A program made the translations under genes and the position numbers. A stretch of 64,000 nucleotides of DNA, taken from contig CAZQRW010000001.1 in the NCBI GenBank assembly GCA_964596115.1, positions 9,114 to 73,113 of the forward strand, written 5' to 3'. The notes below the pieces were generated by a model. That model worked only from the letters and a program-made list of their open reading frames with translations, did no database searches and was not told the origin of the DNA. This document shows, piece by piece, positions 40,557 to 50,940 of this stretch (its first letter is position 1; every line of letters starts with the position of its first letter). The stretch comes from an uncultured bacterium. Lineage in GTDB: Bacteria; Hydrothermota; UBA3072; B12-G15.

Positions 40557-41109
40557 ATTACCTCCTTATTTTTTAAAGAGAATAGCATTATTAATTTTAT
40601 AGTCAATATGAAAAAAATTTGGCTTGGTATATTTTTCTTTATAATATTAGATTTTATAAGCTATCGTTATTTTCAAAATCGTGGTCAGAGTAACCTTATT
40701 TTGTTTTTTAATCTGAATTGTACAGATATTTTAATCCAGACATTAACTGGTTTTCTATCTATCTTCGCTGGTATAAATTTAAGTTTTTCTGCAAAATATA
40801 TGGCTGTATTGTTCAGTATAGAATTGTCTGTATAAACCACCTCCACTTTTTTTACATTTCCTGTCGAATTTACCAGGATGTGGAGTATTACTTTTCCCTC
40901 GATTCTCTATAATCTGGCAACAGATGGGTATTTTATGGTTTTAACTATAGATTGATAGTTAAGAGCAACGGGGGTACTCTTAGAGTGTATAGTTTTTGGG
41001 CGCGGAGTAAAATGTTACTTGATGTCTTCATCCTTTTTAATTATCTGTTTAGTGTACCCTATAAGAATAATAACAATGCCCCCCAAAAAAACTCAAGTCA
41101 CCTTACTCC

Positions 41110-41421
41110 TTAACTATCCTTATCTTTTACCTTTTCAATAACCGATTTTTTCTTGTATTCCATTGTTATATCCTTATCCCTTCTGTCATCGATCTTTATC
41201 ATAGTAACAACCCTTTTTATACCTCTCTTAAAGGGGGATTCATGCACCTTTTGTGCGATCTCAAAAAGCTCACCAATATCACCCTCTATCACAGTTGCAG
41301 TGGGCGTTAACTCAAATGGAAGTCCAGAATTCTTTATTATTCTATATGCATCTGCAACATATTTGCTGGCAGATGTAGAGCCAGTCCCAAGTGGAATAAT
41401 TGTAATTTCAAGCATTGCCAT
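41110..41421 (-). CDS. MTH1187/YkoF-family (DUF77) small ligand-binding protein.
   Basis: 103 aa. MAMLEITIIPLGTGSTSASKYVADAYRII... fits the YkoF/MTH1187 fold family. Confidence 0.6.
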   Translation of the reverse strand: MAMLEITIIPLGTGSTSASKYVADAYRIIKNSGLPFELTPTATVIEGDIGELFEIAQKVHESPFKRGIKRVVTMIKIDDRRDKDITMEYKKKSVIEKVKDKDS

Positions 41422-41431
41422 AATCCCTCCT

Positions 41432-43453
41432 CTACTTTTCTAAAATAATCCATCTGTTGGGGATTTCAGCCATTTTCATTAAGCATTCTCTATAGTCAGG
41501 GTATTTCTCAACAGGAATTAAACCCATTTGAACAGTGTAGGTATCGTTGTATTCAACATACCTTTTTGTTTTTTTCAAAGAGGATTCAAACGCTACTGGT
41601 TTGCTTTTATATGTAAACCCGGCTGGGATGTATCTAACTCTGTAACCCCTGGGAAGATAGATTACGACCCTATTTTTATCAAGGCTAAGGTGTTTATGAT
41701 AAACAGGGTATGGCCTTTTTGGTGCACCGACATAATAGGCAGAATAATTTATTCCAGGTATGTGTAGTAGTAAATATCTTCCTTCCTTCGTTGCAATGTT
41801 GGGGACTGTATAATTAAGGGTAATTTTCATTTCAGGATTCAGATCATCAAGGTGTTCAATTGTATAATCTTTTAACAAGGCGTTGGATAGAATGGAATTG
41901 ATATAAGACTCAAGTTGTTTTTTTCGCTCTTCAGTTCTCATATATTTCCAGTTTCGGAAGAAAAGAACATTATTTCCCTTAAATGAAAGAATTTCTTTCA
42001 CCTTTCCACTTCCATCCTTGGAAAGATGAATTATCCTGTCTGTTAAGGAAGATTCATTGTCTAAACTTAAATAAGGAATATCAACGATCTCTCCCTTACC
42101 AGTTGATAAACCCTTTGTTCCCTGATATTTTGGTCTTACATACCCAAATGGAATACTTTCGTTTGCAGGATCAAGAAGCGTATTTTCACATTTTACCAGT
42201 GCACCATCAAATTGTGAGAGAACCGGAATTCCATCTGCAAGGGGGCCTGAAAATTTTGAGCGAACGAGTATAAGATCGGCATTAAATCCGTTTTCCCTTA
42301 AAGCGGTATATAATACAAAGGCCTTATCAAGACAATTTCCATATTTGTTATTTATAGTTTCTGTGGGATTTTTTGGTATAACAGAGTATGTATTGGAAGG
42401 GACTTCAACGTATTTTATTCCCCTGAGAACCTTGCTATATATCTCTTTTGGATTTTTGCCTGAAATGTTGGTTTTACCGGGATGCAAACTTTTTTTGAAT
42501 GTATATGAAATATTCTTCCATTTATCTTCAAGTCCAACAACTACCCTGGGTGAGAAATAGCTTTCCGGAGGCATCATAGGGATTTTAAAAACGGGGTTGA
42601 TGTTATTCACCTCAAATGTTAATACCTTATAACTATACCCATTCAACATCAGTGATGATATTGTAGGATTCCCAATTCTTTTATAAAATATATCAACATT
42701 TAGGTTTTCGGGATATTGAACTATTATTTTTCCAGTCAATGTAGGTCCTTTATCCGCAATGATTTTGTCAAATAATAAAGGGAGATTGTCCGCATATTTT
42801 CCTTCAATTCTCACCTGATAATCAAGGAAATTACCGGGTTTTACCTCCCTCATCGCAAATTTTCTACTGTGTAGGTTATCATAGGAAGGAAACTGTGAAA
42901 ATGTGGAAGCGTCCTCTATAGCTATTTCTCTTATATGCAGCACCCTGCCTTCGGACGTAATAGTCCTTGCAAAATCTATAAACAAATTTTCGTTGTTGTG
43001 CGAGTAGGTAAAGGAAAGATTTCCTGCTATTCTCCCTTTATCATCAACAATTCCTTTTATTCCTCGTATAATAATAGTATAGGTAGAATCTGAATTTATA
43101 ACCAACTTTTTTTCAATGATGATATTTATATATCCCATACCTTTGAATTTAGAAAGATCTGTTTTTAATGCCTTGATTAATACAGGGTCATCAATATCAT
43201 TTACATTTTTCCATTGGTATCCTTTTCTTCTCTTCTGTAGATCCAGGGACATAACCGCTGAAATAGGAAGCTTCTTCAAACCCTGTGCCGTTTCAATGAT
43301 GACGTATTTATCATTTATTTCTTTTACAAAACAGTGGTATTCTTCCCCACTATTGAGGTAAATCATATCCCCGAGATAAACAGGGGCTTTTTTTGTGAAA
43401 GGCAATGTGCAGGAACCAATGAATAACAGAACTATAACAGATATCTTCTTCAT
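41432..43453 (-). CDS. Transglutaminase-like cysteine-protease-superfamily lipoprotein with an N-terminal DUF3857-like region.
   Basis: Lipobox IGSC. TGase core Cys context KYGNCLDKAFVLYTALRENGFNADLILV. Confidence 0.7.
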   Translation of the reverse strand: MKKISVIVLLFIGSCTLPFTKKAPVYLGDMIYLNSGEEYHCFVKEINDKYVIIETAQGLKKLPISAVMSLDLQKRRKGYQWKNVNDIDDPVLIKALKTDLSKFKGMGYINIIIEKKLVINSDSTYTIIIRGIKGIVDDKGRIAGNLSFTYSHNNENLFIDFARTITSEGRVLHIREIAIEDASTFSQFPSYDNLHSRKFAMREVKPGNFLDYQVRIEGKYADNLPLLFDKIIADKGPTLTGKIIVQYPENLNVDIFYKRIGNPTISSLMLNGYSYKVLTFEVNNINPVFKIPMMPPESYFSPRVVVGLEDKWKNISYTFKKSLHPGKTNISGKNPKEIYSKVLRGIKYVEVPSNTYSVIPKNPTETINNKYGNCLDKAFVLYTALRENGFNADLILVRSKFSGPLADGIPVLSQFDGALVKCENTLLDPANESIPFGYVRPKYQGTKGLSTGKGEIVDIPYLSLDNESSLTDRIIHLSKDGSGKVKEILSFKGNNVLFFRNWKYMRTEERKKQLESYINSILSNALLKDYTIEHLDDLNPEMKITLNYTVPNIATKEGRYLLLHIPGINYSAYYVGAPKRPYPVYHKHLSLDKNRVVIYLPRGYRVRYIPAGFTYKSKPVAFESSLKKTKRYVEYNDTYTVQMGLIPVEKYPDYRECLMKMAEIPNRWIILEK

Positions 43454-45507
43454 CCTTCACCCCCAAGTTCTTTTATTAAAATGGGCTTTTTTACATAGTC
43501 AGAAATCTCACCCATAAACTTTCTATACTTTTTATAATCCTCTGGAGGAATCTTTCTTCCATACCTTTCGAACCTATCTTTATAAATAAGCGTGTCACCA
43601 CTTATGGAATAACTGCCGCTGTAATGGAGATCCTTCATATTTTTTGTTATACTATCCGGGAAGTAAGAAACCTCCATTCCTTTTGGTAAAACAATATCGA
43701 ATGTGTGATTTATGCCCTCTGATGTCATATAAACAAGTGGATATCTTCTATTCGCAAGCCCAAGTCCTCTCATCGTATACCTTCTGTTTATCTCAGGCAA
43801 TCTTAAAATAAACATATCACCAGCCTGTTCGAGAAAGTTATCAATCTTGTATACTATTTTCATTTTTAATGGTTTTGAAATATCAGTCAGGTTTTTTAGA
43901 CTATAATCAACAAGAATTGCATTTGGGGATGTTTCCTTTACCATTTGAGAAAATTGGAGTTTTTTCTCCTCTGGTTTCAATCTTTCCCAGTATGCACGGA
44001 TTGCTGCCTCAATATCTCCGGTATATTGCGAATGGAAAGCAATTTTAGCGGTGCCTTTACGGTCAATATCTATAATATATGAATAATTTCTCTGATTTAA
44101 CGTTGGGGGAGGGACATCTATAAAATCGATTCTTTTCTTCATAGCACAAATAGCCCATACCCCATGATCCATTGAGGCAAAAGATGGATACCTATCGTAT
44201 GTAGAAACAGGATCAAGGAAATAATGGCCTCCTTTTTTGGGAAAAATCTCTGTTATACAATGATCCCCATAGAATGAGGGTATTGATTTTACAAGTGTGG
44301 GTCCGTCGTTAGTTTGTACGTAAACAGGATATGCTTCTACACCAGCCGCATGCAGCATAGTTGAAAATAGTATAGATTTATCTGTGCAATCTCCATAGCC
44401 ATTCTTAAGGGTCACAGATGCTGGATGACCAGATACACCACTTGAGACAGCACCCTTTATGGAGATGTATCTAATATTCCTTTGTACCCAGTGATAAAGG
44501 ACTGCTGTCTTTTCTTCCTCAGTTTTAAGCCCTTCTGTAAGGCTATCGACAAGGGATTGAATTTCCGGTGTGATTTTCATTCTTTCCGTCTGAAATCTTG
44601 CATACCAGTCAAATATGTAATCCCATTTTTTAAAGGTTGAGGTATGAAGAGAGGGTAGAATATCACCCATAGGGGGCATTTGGGGTTCTTTTATGGGAGG
44701 CATCACATTTTCCATTTTAAAAATATAGGTATTGCCAGAATCAGTGTTTGTTGATTCAACAAGGGCATTTTTTGCATTCATCAGTTTAAAATTTAAATGT
44801 TTTCCGACAGGCAAAGTTATATAATCAATCGATGTTAGGACAGGGTCCTCTCCACCAAAAAACCAGGAGGTCCCATATATTTTTTTATTCCATGGATTAA
44901 ATATGTTGTCAGTATATACGTACTCTACTATGTCTCCTACCTCAACATCAGGGAGACTAAATGAAACTGCCTTCCCTTTACCAAAGTATACCATTTCTCT
45001 TTTTGGTTTCGAAATCTTTATTTTGCTCCTATCAAGATTTATGATTCTTCCGTCTGGCTTTATTACACGTGCCATTTCAATGTTCATTTTTTCCATATCT
45101 TCATTAAAGTATCTTGAGAAAGTCCCCCAGCTTCTCTTATTGTCCTTTAGTATAAGTCCCTGAAAATGGTATCTATAAGATCTTGTACCGTCAGCAAATA
45201 ATCTATTATGCCCTTTATCGAGTATGATAACACCTGCATAGTCACCATATTTTTTAATGAGTTTATTTCGGAGGTTGAGCAATTTTTTTACATCCTCGGG
45301 CAAATTTTTGGACTCTAAGAGTACAGTTCCTGATTTAAATGAAATAGACTTTACATTATCCCTTGGTAGGGTTGTGTCACTCAATATTACTTTGTTTCCC
45401 TTCAATACAATTTTGTCTGTGTTAATAACGGTTCCGTCAAAAAGCTCCACCCTGTGCGGAAAGACAAAGAGTGGTAAGACCAACAGGAACAAACCATACA
45501 TTTTCAT
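43450..45507 (-). CDS. Paralogous transglutaminase-like/DUF3857 secreted protein.
   Basis: Signal peptide. TGase core GYGDCTDKSILFSTMLHAAGVEAYPV. 4-nt overlap with its downstream paralog. Confidence 0.7.
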   Translation of the reverse strand: MKMYGLFLLVLPLFVFPHRVELFDGTVINTDKIVLKGNKVILSDTTLPRDNVKSISFKSGTVLLESKNLPEDVKKLLNLRNKLIKKYGDYAGVIILDKGHNRLFADGTRSYRYHFQGLILKDNKRSWGTFSRYFNEDMEKMNIEMARVIKPDGRIINLDRSKIKISKPKREMVYFGKGKAVSFSLPDVEVGDIVEYVYTDNIFNPWNKKIYGTSWFFGGEDPVLTSIDYITLPVGKHLNFKLMNAKNALVESTNTDSGNTYIFKMENVMPPIKEPQMPPMGDILPSLHTSTFKKWDYIFDWYARFQTERMKITPEIQSLVDSLTEGLKTEEEKTAVLYHWVQRNIRYISIKGAVSSGVSGHPASVTLKNGYGDCTDKSILFSTMLHAAGVEAYPVYVQTNDGPTLVKSIPSFYGDHCITEIFPKKGGHYFLDPVSTYDRYPSFASMDHGVWAICAMKKRIDFIDVPPPTLNQRNYSYIIDIDRKGTAKIAFHSQYTGDIEAAIRAYWERLKPEEKKLQFSQMVKETSPNAILVDYSLKNLTDISKPLKMKIVYKIDNFLEQAGDMFILRLPEINRRYTMRGLGLANRRYPLVYMTSEGINHTFDIVLPKGMEVSYFPDSITKNMKDLHYSGSYSISGDTLIYKDRFERYGRKIPPEDYKKYRKFMGEISDYVKKPILIKELGGEG

Positions 45508-45674
45508 AGAGCCTCCTTGTTTATGTAAAATTTACTTCAAGTTAAAAATTTGTCAAATTAAAAAACTTTCAAAGAATTTGATGTGAAATGAGGGTATTTG
45601 TTAATTTGATAGTCTGAATTTCCCTTTAATTATAGAGGATGCATTTCAGATTGCTGTTAACCCTTTACCTGACT

Positions 45675-47021
45675 TCAAACATGTAAAATAAGCTTTGCAA
45701 TGTAGAAGTAAATAAACAGACCAGAAGCATCAACAATAGACGTTATAAATGGGCCGCTCACAACTGCAGGGTCAATCCTGAATTTAGAGAGTGCCAATGG
45801 AAGCATCGAACCGATAAGATTTGCCCAGATCACAAGTACAATCATTGATAACCCAATAACAAAAGCTACCTCGGTATTACCCTTCCAAAAATATCCTCTG
45901 AGAAATACAATGAACCCAAGCGTGATACCCAGAAGAAGACCAACGCCAATTTCCTTCAATAGGATTTTCCACCATTGCTTAAAATCAATCTCTCCTAATG
46001 CCAATCCTCTTATGATTAATGTAGCGGACTGCGTTCCAGTATTTCCTCCACTGTCTATAAGCACAGGTATGAAGAAAGAAAGAACTATAAAAGCCTGAAG
46101 AACACCTGAGAAGGCTGCTATGACACCTGAGGAGAGAAAATCTGCAAGAAGAAGAACGAGAAGCCATATCACCCTTTTTCTGTAAAGTAAAAAAGGTGAT
46201 GACTTTGTATAACTTATCTCAAGTGGTTCAATTGATGCACTTTTCTGTATATCTTCCGTTGCCTCTTCCTGGGCAACATCAAGTACATCATCTGCGGTAA
46301 CTATGCCCAATAATACGCCATCAGAACCAACAACAGGTAAGACAAAAACATCTACCTTTTGCATTAACTGCACTGCCTTTTCTCTGTCGTCGTAGGGAGA
46401 AAGAGAAACATAATGATAATCCATAATAGTTTCTATTTGCTGCATTGGATCTGACAGGATAATCTTTTTCAAATTTATACAGTCAACGAGCTTATTATTT
46501 TCATCTACCACATATATAACATCAATTGTTTCTGCATCCTTCCCATATTTTCTTATATGTTTCAGTGCCATTTCAACAGTCCATTTTTGGCCTATTTTGA
46601 CATAATCCGGGGTCATAAGTCTTCCAACACTATCCTCTGGATAACCCAATAATTTCAGTGTATCTTTTCTTTCCTTTGGGGATAGGAGATTGAGCAGTTT
46701 TAACATTACAGGGGAGGGAATTTCTTCAAAGAAGGCAGTTCTATCATCTGGATCCATTTCATTCAGAACAACCTTTACTTTTTCCTCCTTTAACTTCTCA
46801 ATTATTCCCATCTGATCATCAGGATCAAGAAGAGAAAAAACGTCTGCTGCTTGTTGTTTTGGGAGTAATCTAAAAAAAATAATCTGTTCTTCATCCGGGA
46901 GGCTTGTCAATAAATCAAGGATTTCTCCGGGTTGCCAATCAGATATCGCCTCCTTTATACTTTTATAATCCTTATTCCTGATAAGATTAATTATTTCTGG
47001 TTTTAATAGGTTTATTACCAT
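45675..47021 (-). CDS. mgtE: Magnesium transporter MgtE.
   Basis: MgtE N domain, CBS pair, C-terminal 5-TM MgtE domain. 448 aa. Confidence 0.85.
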   Translation of the reverse strand: MVINLLKPEIINLIRNKDYKSIKEAISDWQPGEILDLLTSLPDEEQIIFFRLLPKQQAADVFSLLDPDDQMGIIEKLKEEKVKVVLNEMDPDDRTAFFEEIPSPVMLKLLNLLSPKERKDTLKLLGYPEDSVGRLMTPDYVKIGQKWTVEMALKHIRKYGKDAETIDVIYVVDENNKLVDCINLKKIILSDPMQQIETIMDYHYVSLSPYDDREKAVQLMQKVDVFVLPVVGSDGVLLGIVTADDVLDVAQEEATEDIQKSASIEPLEISYTKSSPFLLYRKRVIWLLVLLLADFLSSGVIAAFSGVLQAFIVLSFFIPVLIDSGGNTGTQSATLIIRGLALGEIDFKQWWKILLKEIGVGLLLGITLGFIVFLRGYFWKGNTEVAFVIGLSMIVLVIWANLIGSMLPLALSKFRIDPAVVSGPFITSIVDASGLFIYFYIAKLILHV

Positions 47022-47292
47022 ATTGGCCTCCAGGTTCCTAATTTATTTGTTTTGTAATCTGATGAATTTAACATATTCTAATGGAAAATCAAGAAAAAGA
47101 AAAAAAATTGAAATTTTCAGAATGTTAATTTCCTACATCTTAATTCTCTTCCATATATGTCTTTATTCTTTTTAGGTTTCTGTACAATGATACAGTCAAT
47201 ATCCATAGATTTTGTTTTATAATAACTACAGAAAGACAAAATTCACTTGAAAAATAAATTAAATTGTATAAAATAAAAAAAAGGAGGTAGAT

Positions 47293-48234
47293 ATGCGTAG
47301 AAAAGTTTTTGTCGCAATTATCCTTGTGTTATTTGGATTTACCCTTAGTGCTGCTCCTGTTATAGATGGTATAATAAATAGTAGTGAGGGATGGCACTTC
47401 CTGGTCGCAAATCCAGCAATACAGGATTCACTGGTTGGTGCCGATCTTGATTCTCTTTTTTATTGTGAGTCAGCAGAAAGTTTCTACATTGCAATAAACA
47501 CACAGAATCAGGCGAGCTGGAGTGTCGCATATGGATTTGCCATTGATGTCGATTTCATCTCTGGTTCTGGGTATCAAACTAGTAGCGATGCCTGGGGAAG
47601 GCATATTACATTCGGTGCCGATATTGTCCCATCATTTAATGTTGATTATGAACTGTACTTCTGGTGGGATGAAAATACAGATAGTATTACCTCTGCCGAT
47701 TTCTGCACCTGGAACGGAAGCAGTTGGGATTACAATCATAACTTTGGTCATTGGGCATATACTGGTGATTCATTTATTGGTCTTCAGACAATGGAAGTTG
47801 CAATCCCCTGGGGTTTATTTGGAACACTACCCGATTCGATGAGATTTGTTGCATATATCACTGGTGGAGATAACTCCTCCGCAGTGGATGTCCTTCCACT
47901 CAATCCGTCCGTTGCCTTTCCTGCCCGGAATGCTGAATGGTCAGATGAGGATACATTGGCAACTGCTACAAAGATAACGGTATCAGGTATAAATGAACAT
48001 ATTCTACCTGGTGTTTCCATAAAGAAAGAATGGAATAAGGTTGTTTTTCTCTGCAATGGAAGAAAAACGATTAATATTTCATTGTTTGACATCAGCGGGA
48101 GAAATCTTATGAGGAAGAAACTTGTCGTTGATGGTAAGACAGAATTATCGATGCCGTTCAAAACAGGTATTTATTTCCTCAAAGCAGAATACAGAGGAAA
48201 AGAGGTTGTAAGGAAAGTCACCATTATAAGATGA
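47293..48234 (+). CDS. Secreted protein with a T9SS-type C-terminal sorting domain. The N-terminal region is possibly carbohydrate-binding (CBM9/DOMON-like).
   Basis: Signal peptide. C-terminal about 70 aa (ISLFDISGRNLMRKKLVVDGKTELSMPFKTGIYFLKAEYRGKEVVRKVTII) matches the type-A Por C-terminal domain pattern. SD AAGGAGG. Confidence 0.55.
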   Translation: MRRKVFVAIILVLFGFTLSAAPVIDGIINSSEGWHFLVANPAIQDSLVGADLDSLFYCESAESFYIAINTQNQASWSVAYGFAIDVDFISGSGYQTSSDAWGRHITFGADIVPSFNVDYELYFWWDENTDSITSADFCTWNGSSWDYNHNFGHWAYTGDSFIGLQTMEVAIPWGLFGTLPDSMRFVAYITGGDNSSAVDVLPLNPSVAFPARNAEWSDEDTLATATKITVSGINEHILPGVSIKKEWNKVVFLCNGRKTINISLFDISGRNLMRKKLVVDGKTELSMPFKTGIYFLKAEYRGKEVVRKVTIIR

Positions 48235-49121
48235 AAAAATATATAGGGGACTATATTTTTATAGCCCCCTTCCTCTTTATCTTTCTGATATTTCTTGCCT
48301 TTCCTGTTTTTTATGCACTTTATTTAAGTTTTTATAAGGTAACGGATCTCTACAATGTATTTGGTGGTCTCCGTTTTGTTGGGCTAAAAAATTATTTTTT
48401 ACTTTTCAAGGATGGTAGATTCTGGTGGTCACTTCTTATGACATTTTACTATGCAGTGCTATCCATACCTGCTGGTATTCTTTTCTCTCTTATCCTTGCG
48501 AACCTTTTAAACAATAGATTGAAAGGGATTACTATCTTTAGAGGTGCATTTTTTCTTCCCTATATACTTGATGTATTTGTGGTTGGAATCGTGTGGACCT
48601 TTTTATATAGTTCCCCTTATGGAATAGTAACGCAACTTCTTTTAAAATTGGGTATTCATACAGGCGGTCTTTTATCTACCTCCAAGACTGCTATGCCATC
48701 TATTGTCCTCGCAATGATGTTGAAGAACTCTGGATTTGGGATGATCCTCTTTCTTGCCACAATGCAGAATATACCTCCTTCTCTCTATGAGGCAGCTATT
48801 ATTGATGGTGCTGGTCCCCTAACAAGATTTAAGAATATTACAATTCCTATGCTAAAACCCCTGATACTGTTTATGGTTATTATTGGTTTTATAGGGGCAT
48901 TATCTGCCTTTGCAGAGTTTTATGCAATGACAGGAGGGGGACCAAGTGTTGTTGTGGGGGGGAGGAGTCTTGGTGCGACAGAGGTGACAGGACTTTATCT
49001 CTATAGAAATTTCGAAGCACTGAAGCTTGGTTATGCAGCAGCCATTTCTTTTGTTCTACTCATTTTTACTTTGATTTTTTCCTTCTTCAGTTCTAAGATA
49101 ATGAAGGAAGGGATAGGATGA
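48231..49121 (+). CDS. Carbohydrate ABC transporter permease (MalF/UgpA-like).
   Basis: Six TM segments, EAA-loop region, 4-nt overlap with the upstream gene. Confidence 0.8.
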   Translation: MKKYIGDYIFIAPFLFIFLIFLAFPVFYALYLSFYKVTDLYNVFGGLRFVGLKNYFLLFKDGRFWWSLLMTFYYAVLSIPAGILFSLILANLLNNRLKGITIFRGAFFLPYILDVFVVGIVWTFLYSSPYGIVTQLLLKLGIHTGGLLSTSKTAMPSIVLAMMLKNSGFGMILFLATMQNIPPSLYEAAIIDGAGPLTRFKNITIPMLKPLILFMVIIGFIGALSAFAEFYAMTGGGPSVVVGGRSLGATEVTGLYLYRNFEALKLGYAAAISFVLLIFTLIFSFFSSKIMKEGIG

Positions 49122-49921
49122 AAAAGTTCTTTTTGTATCTATTCCTGACGATTCTCGCTATAATAGTCCTCTTTCCATTTATATGGATGTTTATGACTTC
49201 TTTTAAACCTGAATCCGAGGCACTATCACTTTCATTTCTCCCTTCTCATTTTACACTGGAAAATTTTAAAAAGATAATAACAGGATATAGATTTGGTAGA
49301 TATTTTATTAATAGTTTGATCGTTTCCTTTTCCGCAGCAATCTTTGCCACATTTTTTGGCTCTCTTGCTGCATATCCATTCGCAAAGAAAGATTTTCCAT
49401 TTAAGAAATACATTCTTGGAATGTTTCTTGCTTCAATGATGATACCGGGTCTTATGTTTATGATACCACAATTTGCTATTGTGAGTAAACTTGGCTGGAT
49501 TAATACATATAAAGCAATGGTTATTCCACATCTTGCCAATGTCTTTGGACTTTTCTTGCTGATACAATATATGAAGACACTTCCTGATGCTTTGATAGAA
49601 GCTGCAAGGATTGATGGAGCAAGTGAACTTAGAATATTCTGGGCAATTATATTTCCACTATCATTGCCCATTATAGTAACAATATTCCTTTTAACATTTC
49701 AGTTCCACTGGAACAATTTTCTATGGCAGTTGATAGTAACGACAAAGGAAAGTATGTATACAGTACCTGTAGGTTTAGCAATGTTCAGGAGCGCCCATGA
49801 GGAACTATATGCGATGAAAATGGCGGCTTCAACAGTATCAATTTTGCCCATTTCTATCATATTCTTACTCTCACAAAGATATTTTATTCAAGGCATAACA
49901 AAGGGGGCGGTAAAAGAATGA
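49118..49921 (+). CDS. Carbohydrate ABC transporter permease (MalG/UgpE-like).
   Basis: EAA motif context EAARIDGAS, six TM segments, 4-nt overlap. Confidence 0.8.
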   Translation: MKKFFLYLFLTILAIIVLFPFIWMFMTSFKPESEALSLSFLPSHFTLENFKKIITGYRFGRYFINSLIVSFSAAIFATFFGSLAAYPFAKKDFPFKKYILGMFLASMMIPGLMFMIPQFAIVSKLGWINTYKAMVIPHLANVFGLFLLIQYMKTLPDALIEAARIDGASELRIFWAIIFPLSLPIIVTIFLLTFQFHWNNFLWQLIVTTKESMYTVPVGLAMFRSAHEELYAMKMAASTVSILPISIIFLLSQRYFIQGITKGAVKE

Positions 49922-50745
49922 AACAATTAAAGGCTCTTTTGTTGACACACGGAATAAAGATTATAGCTATCCTGATCATCTGGTTGGTGCTCCATTACTT
50001 TACCCGGAAGCTTTTATCAAAATTCTTCTCATTTAAGGAAAAAGGTAAATCATCTGAGGGGCTTAAGAGGGTACACACCATTTATAAGTTTTCGGCAACG
50101 ATTGCAGATATCTTTTACTTTTTGATATTTGCTATCGTTCTATTGAAGGAGTTTGGGATAGAAATCGGACCTATGCTTGCAGGTCTCGGTGTCGCTGGCG
50201 TTGCTGCAGGTATTGGTGCACAGGATCTCATAAAGGACATCATTGGCGGATTTTTTATCATTACAGAGGATATCTATAGAATAGGGGACTCGATTGAGAT
50301 TGAGGGCAATGTTGGAACAGTGGAAAGTATAACAATGAGAATAACAAGATTGAGGAATTTTGACGGTGGTCTTATTACAATACCCAACGGCCAGATAAGG
50401 GCGGTGAAGAATAATACAAGGGGGTGGTCAAGGGTAATTCTAAAGGTTTCTGTTGCATATCGTGAAAATCTTGATAGGGTAATAGAAGTAACGAAAAGCA
50501 TCCTTCTTAATATATGGAAGAGCGAACATCTCAATAATAAAATCCTCGAACAGCCAGAGGTTCTTGGTGTGAATGACCTGCAGAATTCAGGGGTTGAAAT
50601 TATGTCTGTAATAAAGACCTTGCCAGGTGAACAATGGTCTATAGGTAGGGAGGCAAGAAAGAGGATAAAAGAAGGATTTGACAGGGCGGGTATTGAGATA
50701 CCATTTCCTCAGATTACAATACACTTTAAAAAAGAAGGCACATAA
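49918..50745 (+). CDS. Small-conductance mechanosensitive channel (MscS family).
   Basis: Three TM helices followed by the MscS beta-domain (GDSIEIEGNVGTVESITMRITRLRNFDGGLITIPNG). Confidence 0.75.
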   Translation: MKQLKALLLTHGIKIIAILIIWLVLHYFTRKLLSKFFSFKEKGKSSEGLKRVHTIYKFSATIADIFYFLIFAIVLLKEFGIEIGPMLAGLGVAGVAAGIGAQDLIKDIIGGFFIITEDIYRIGDSIEIEGNVGTVESITMRITRLRNFDGGLITIPNGQIRAVKNNTRGWSRVILKVSVAYRENLDRVIEVTKSILLNIWKSEHLNNKILEQPEVLGVNDLQNSGVEIMSVIKTLPGEQWSIGREARKRIKEGFDRAGIEIPFPQITIHFKKEGT

Positions 50746-50906
50746 TACGGAAGTAAAAGACCGTAAATCGTGAATCGTGAGAAGTGGGGAACCAATAACA
50801 AAGATAACAGGAGAGAATTAGGATATAGTAAAGGCAAAAAAAAGAGAAGTATAGTAGAAAGGGGGGAAGGCATAATAGTGTGGTTTGTGATATGTTACTT
50901 GTGTGC

Positions 50907-50940
50907 TTGACAAATCAGGTGTGTAAAGTAATATTTCTCT
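50907..50940 (+). promoter_or_regulatory. Promoter of pdaD: TTGACA (50907-50912), 16-nt spacer, TAATAT (50929-50934), ATG 6 nt later (leaderless).
   Basis: Read directly. There is no SD between the -10 and the ATG. Confidence 0.5.

Noticed and set aside
40718-40912. 64-aa plus-strand ORF (MYRYFNPDINWF...) in the intergenic region.
   Set aside because: Cys/Tyr-rich low-complexity translation with no start context. It overlaps the more plausible small-membrane-protein ORF frame region.
47022-47292. M-box (Mg2+) riboswitch upstream of mgtE.
   Set aside because: Inspection of the minus-strand leader shows no M-box consensus elements. mgtE has a short leader with a GGAGG SD.
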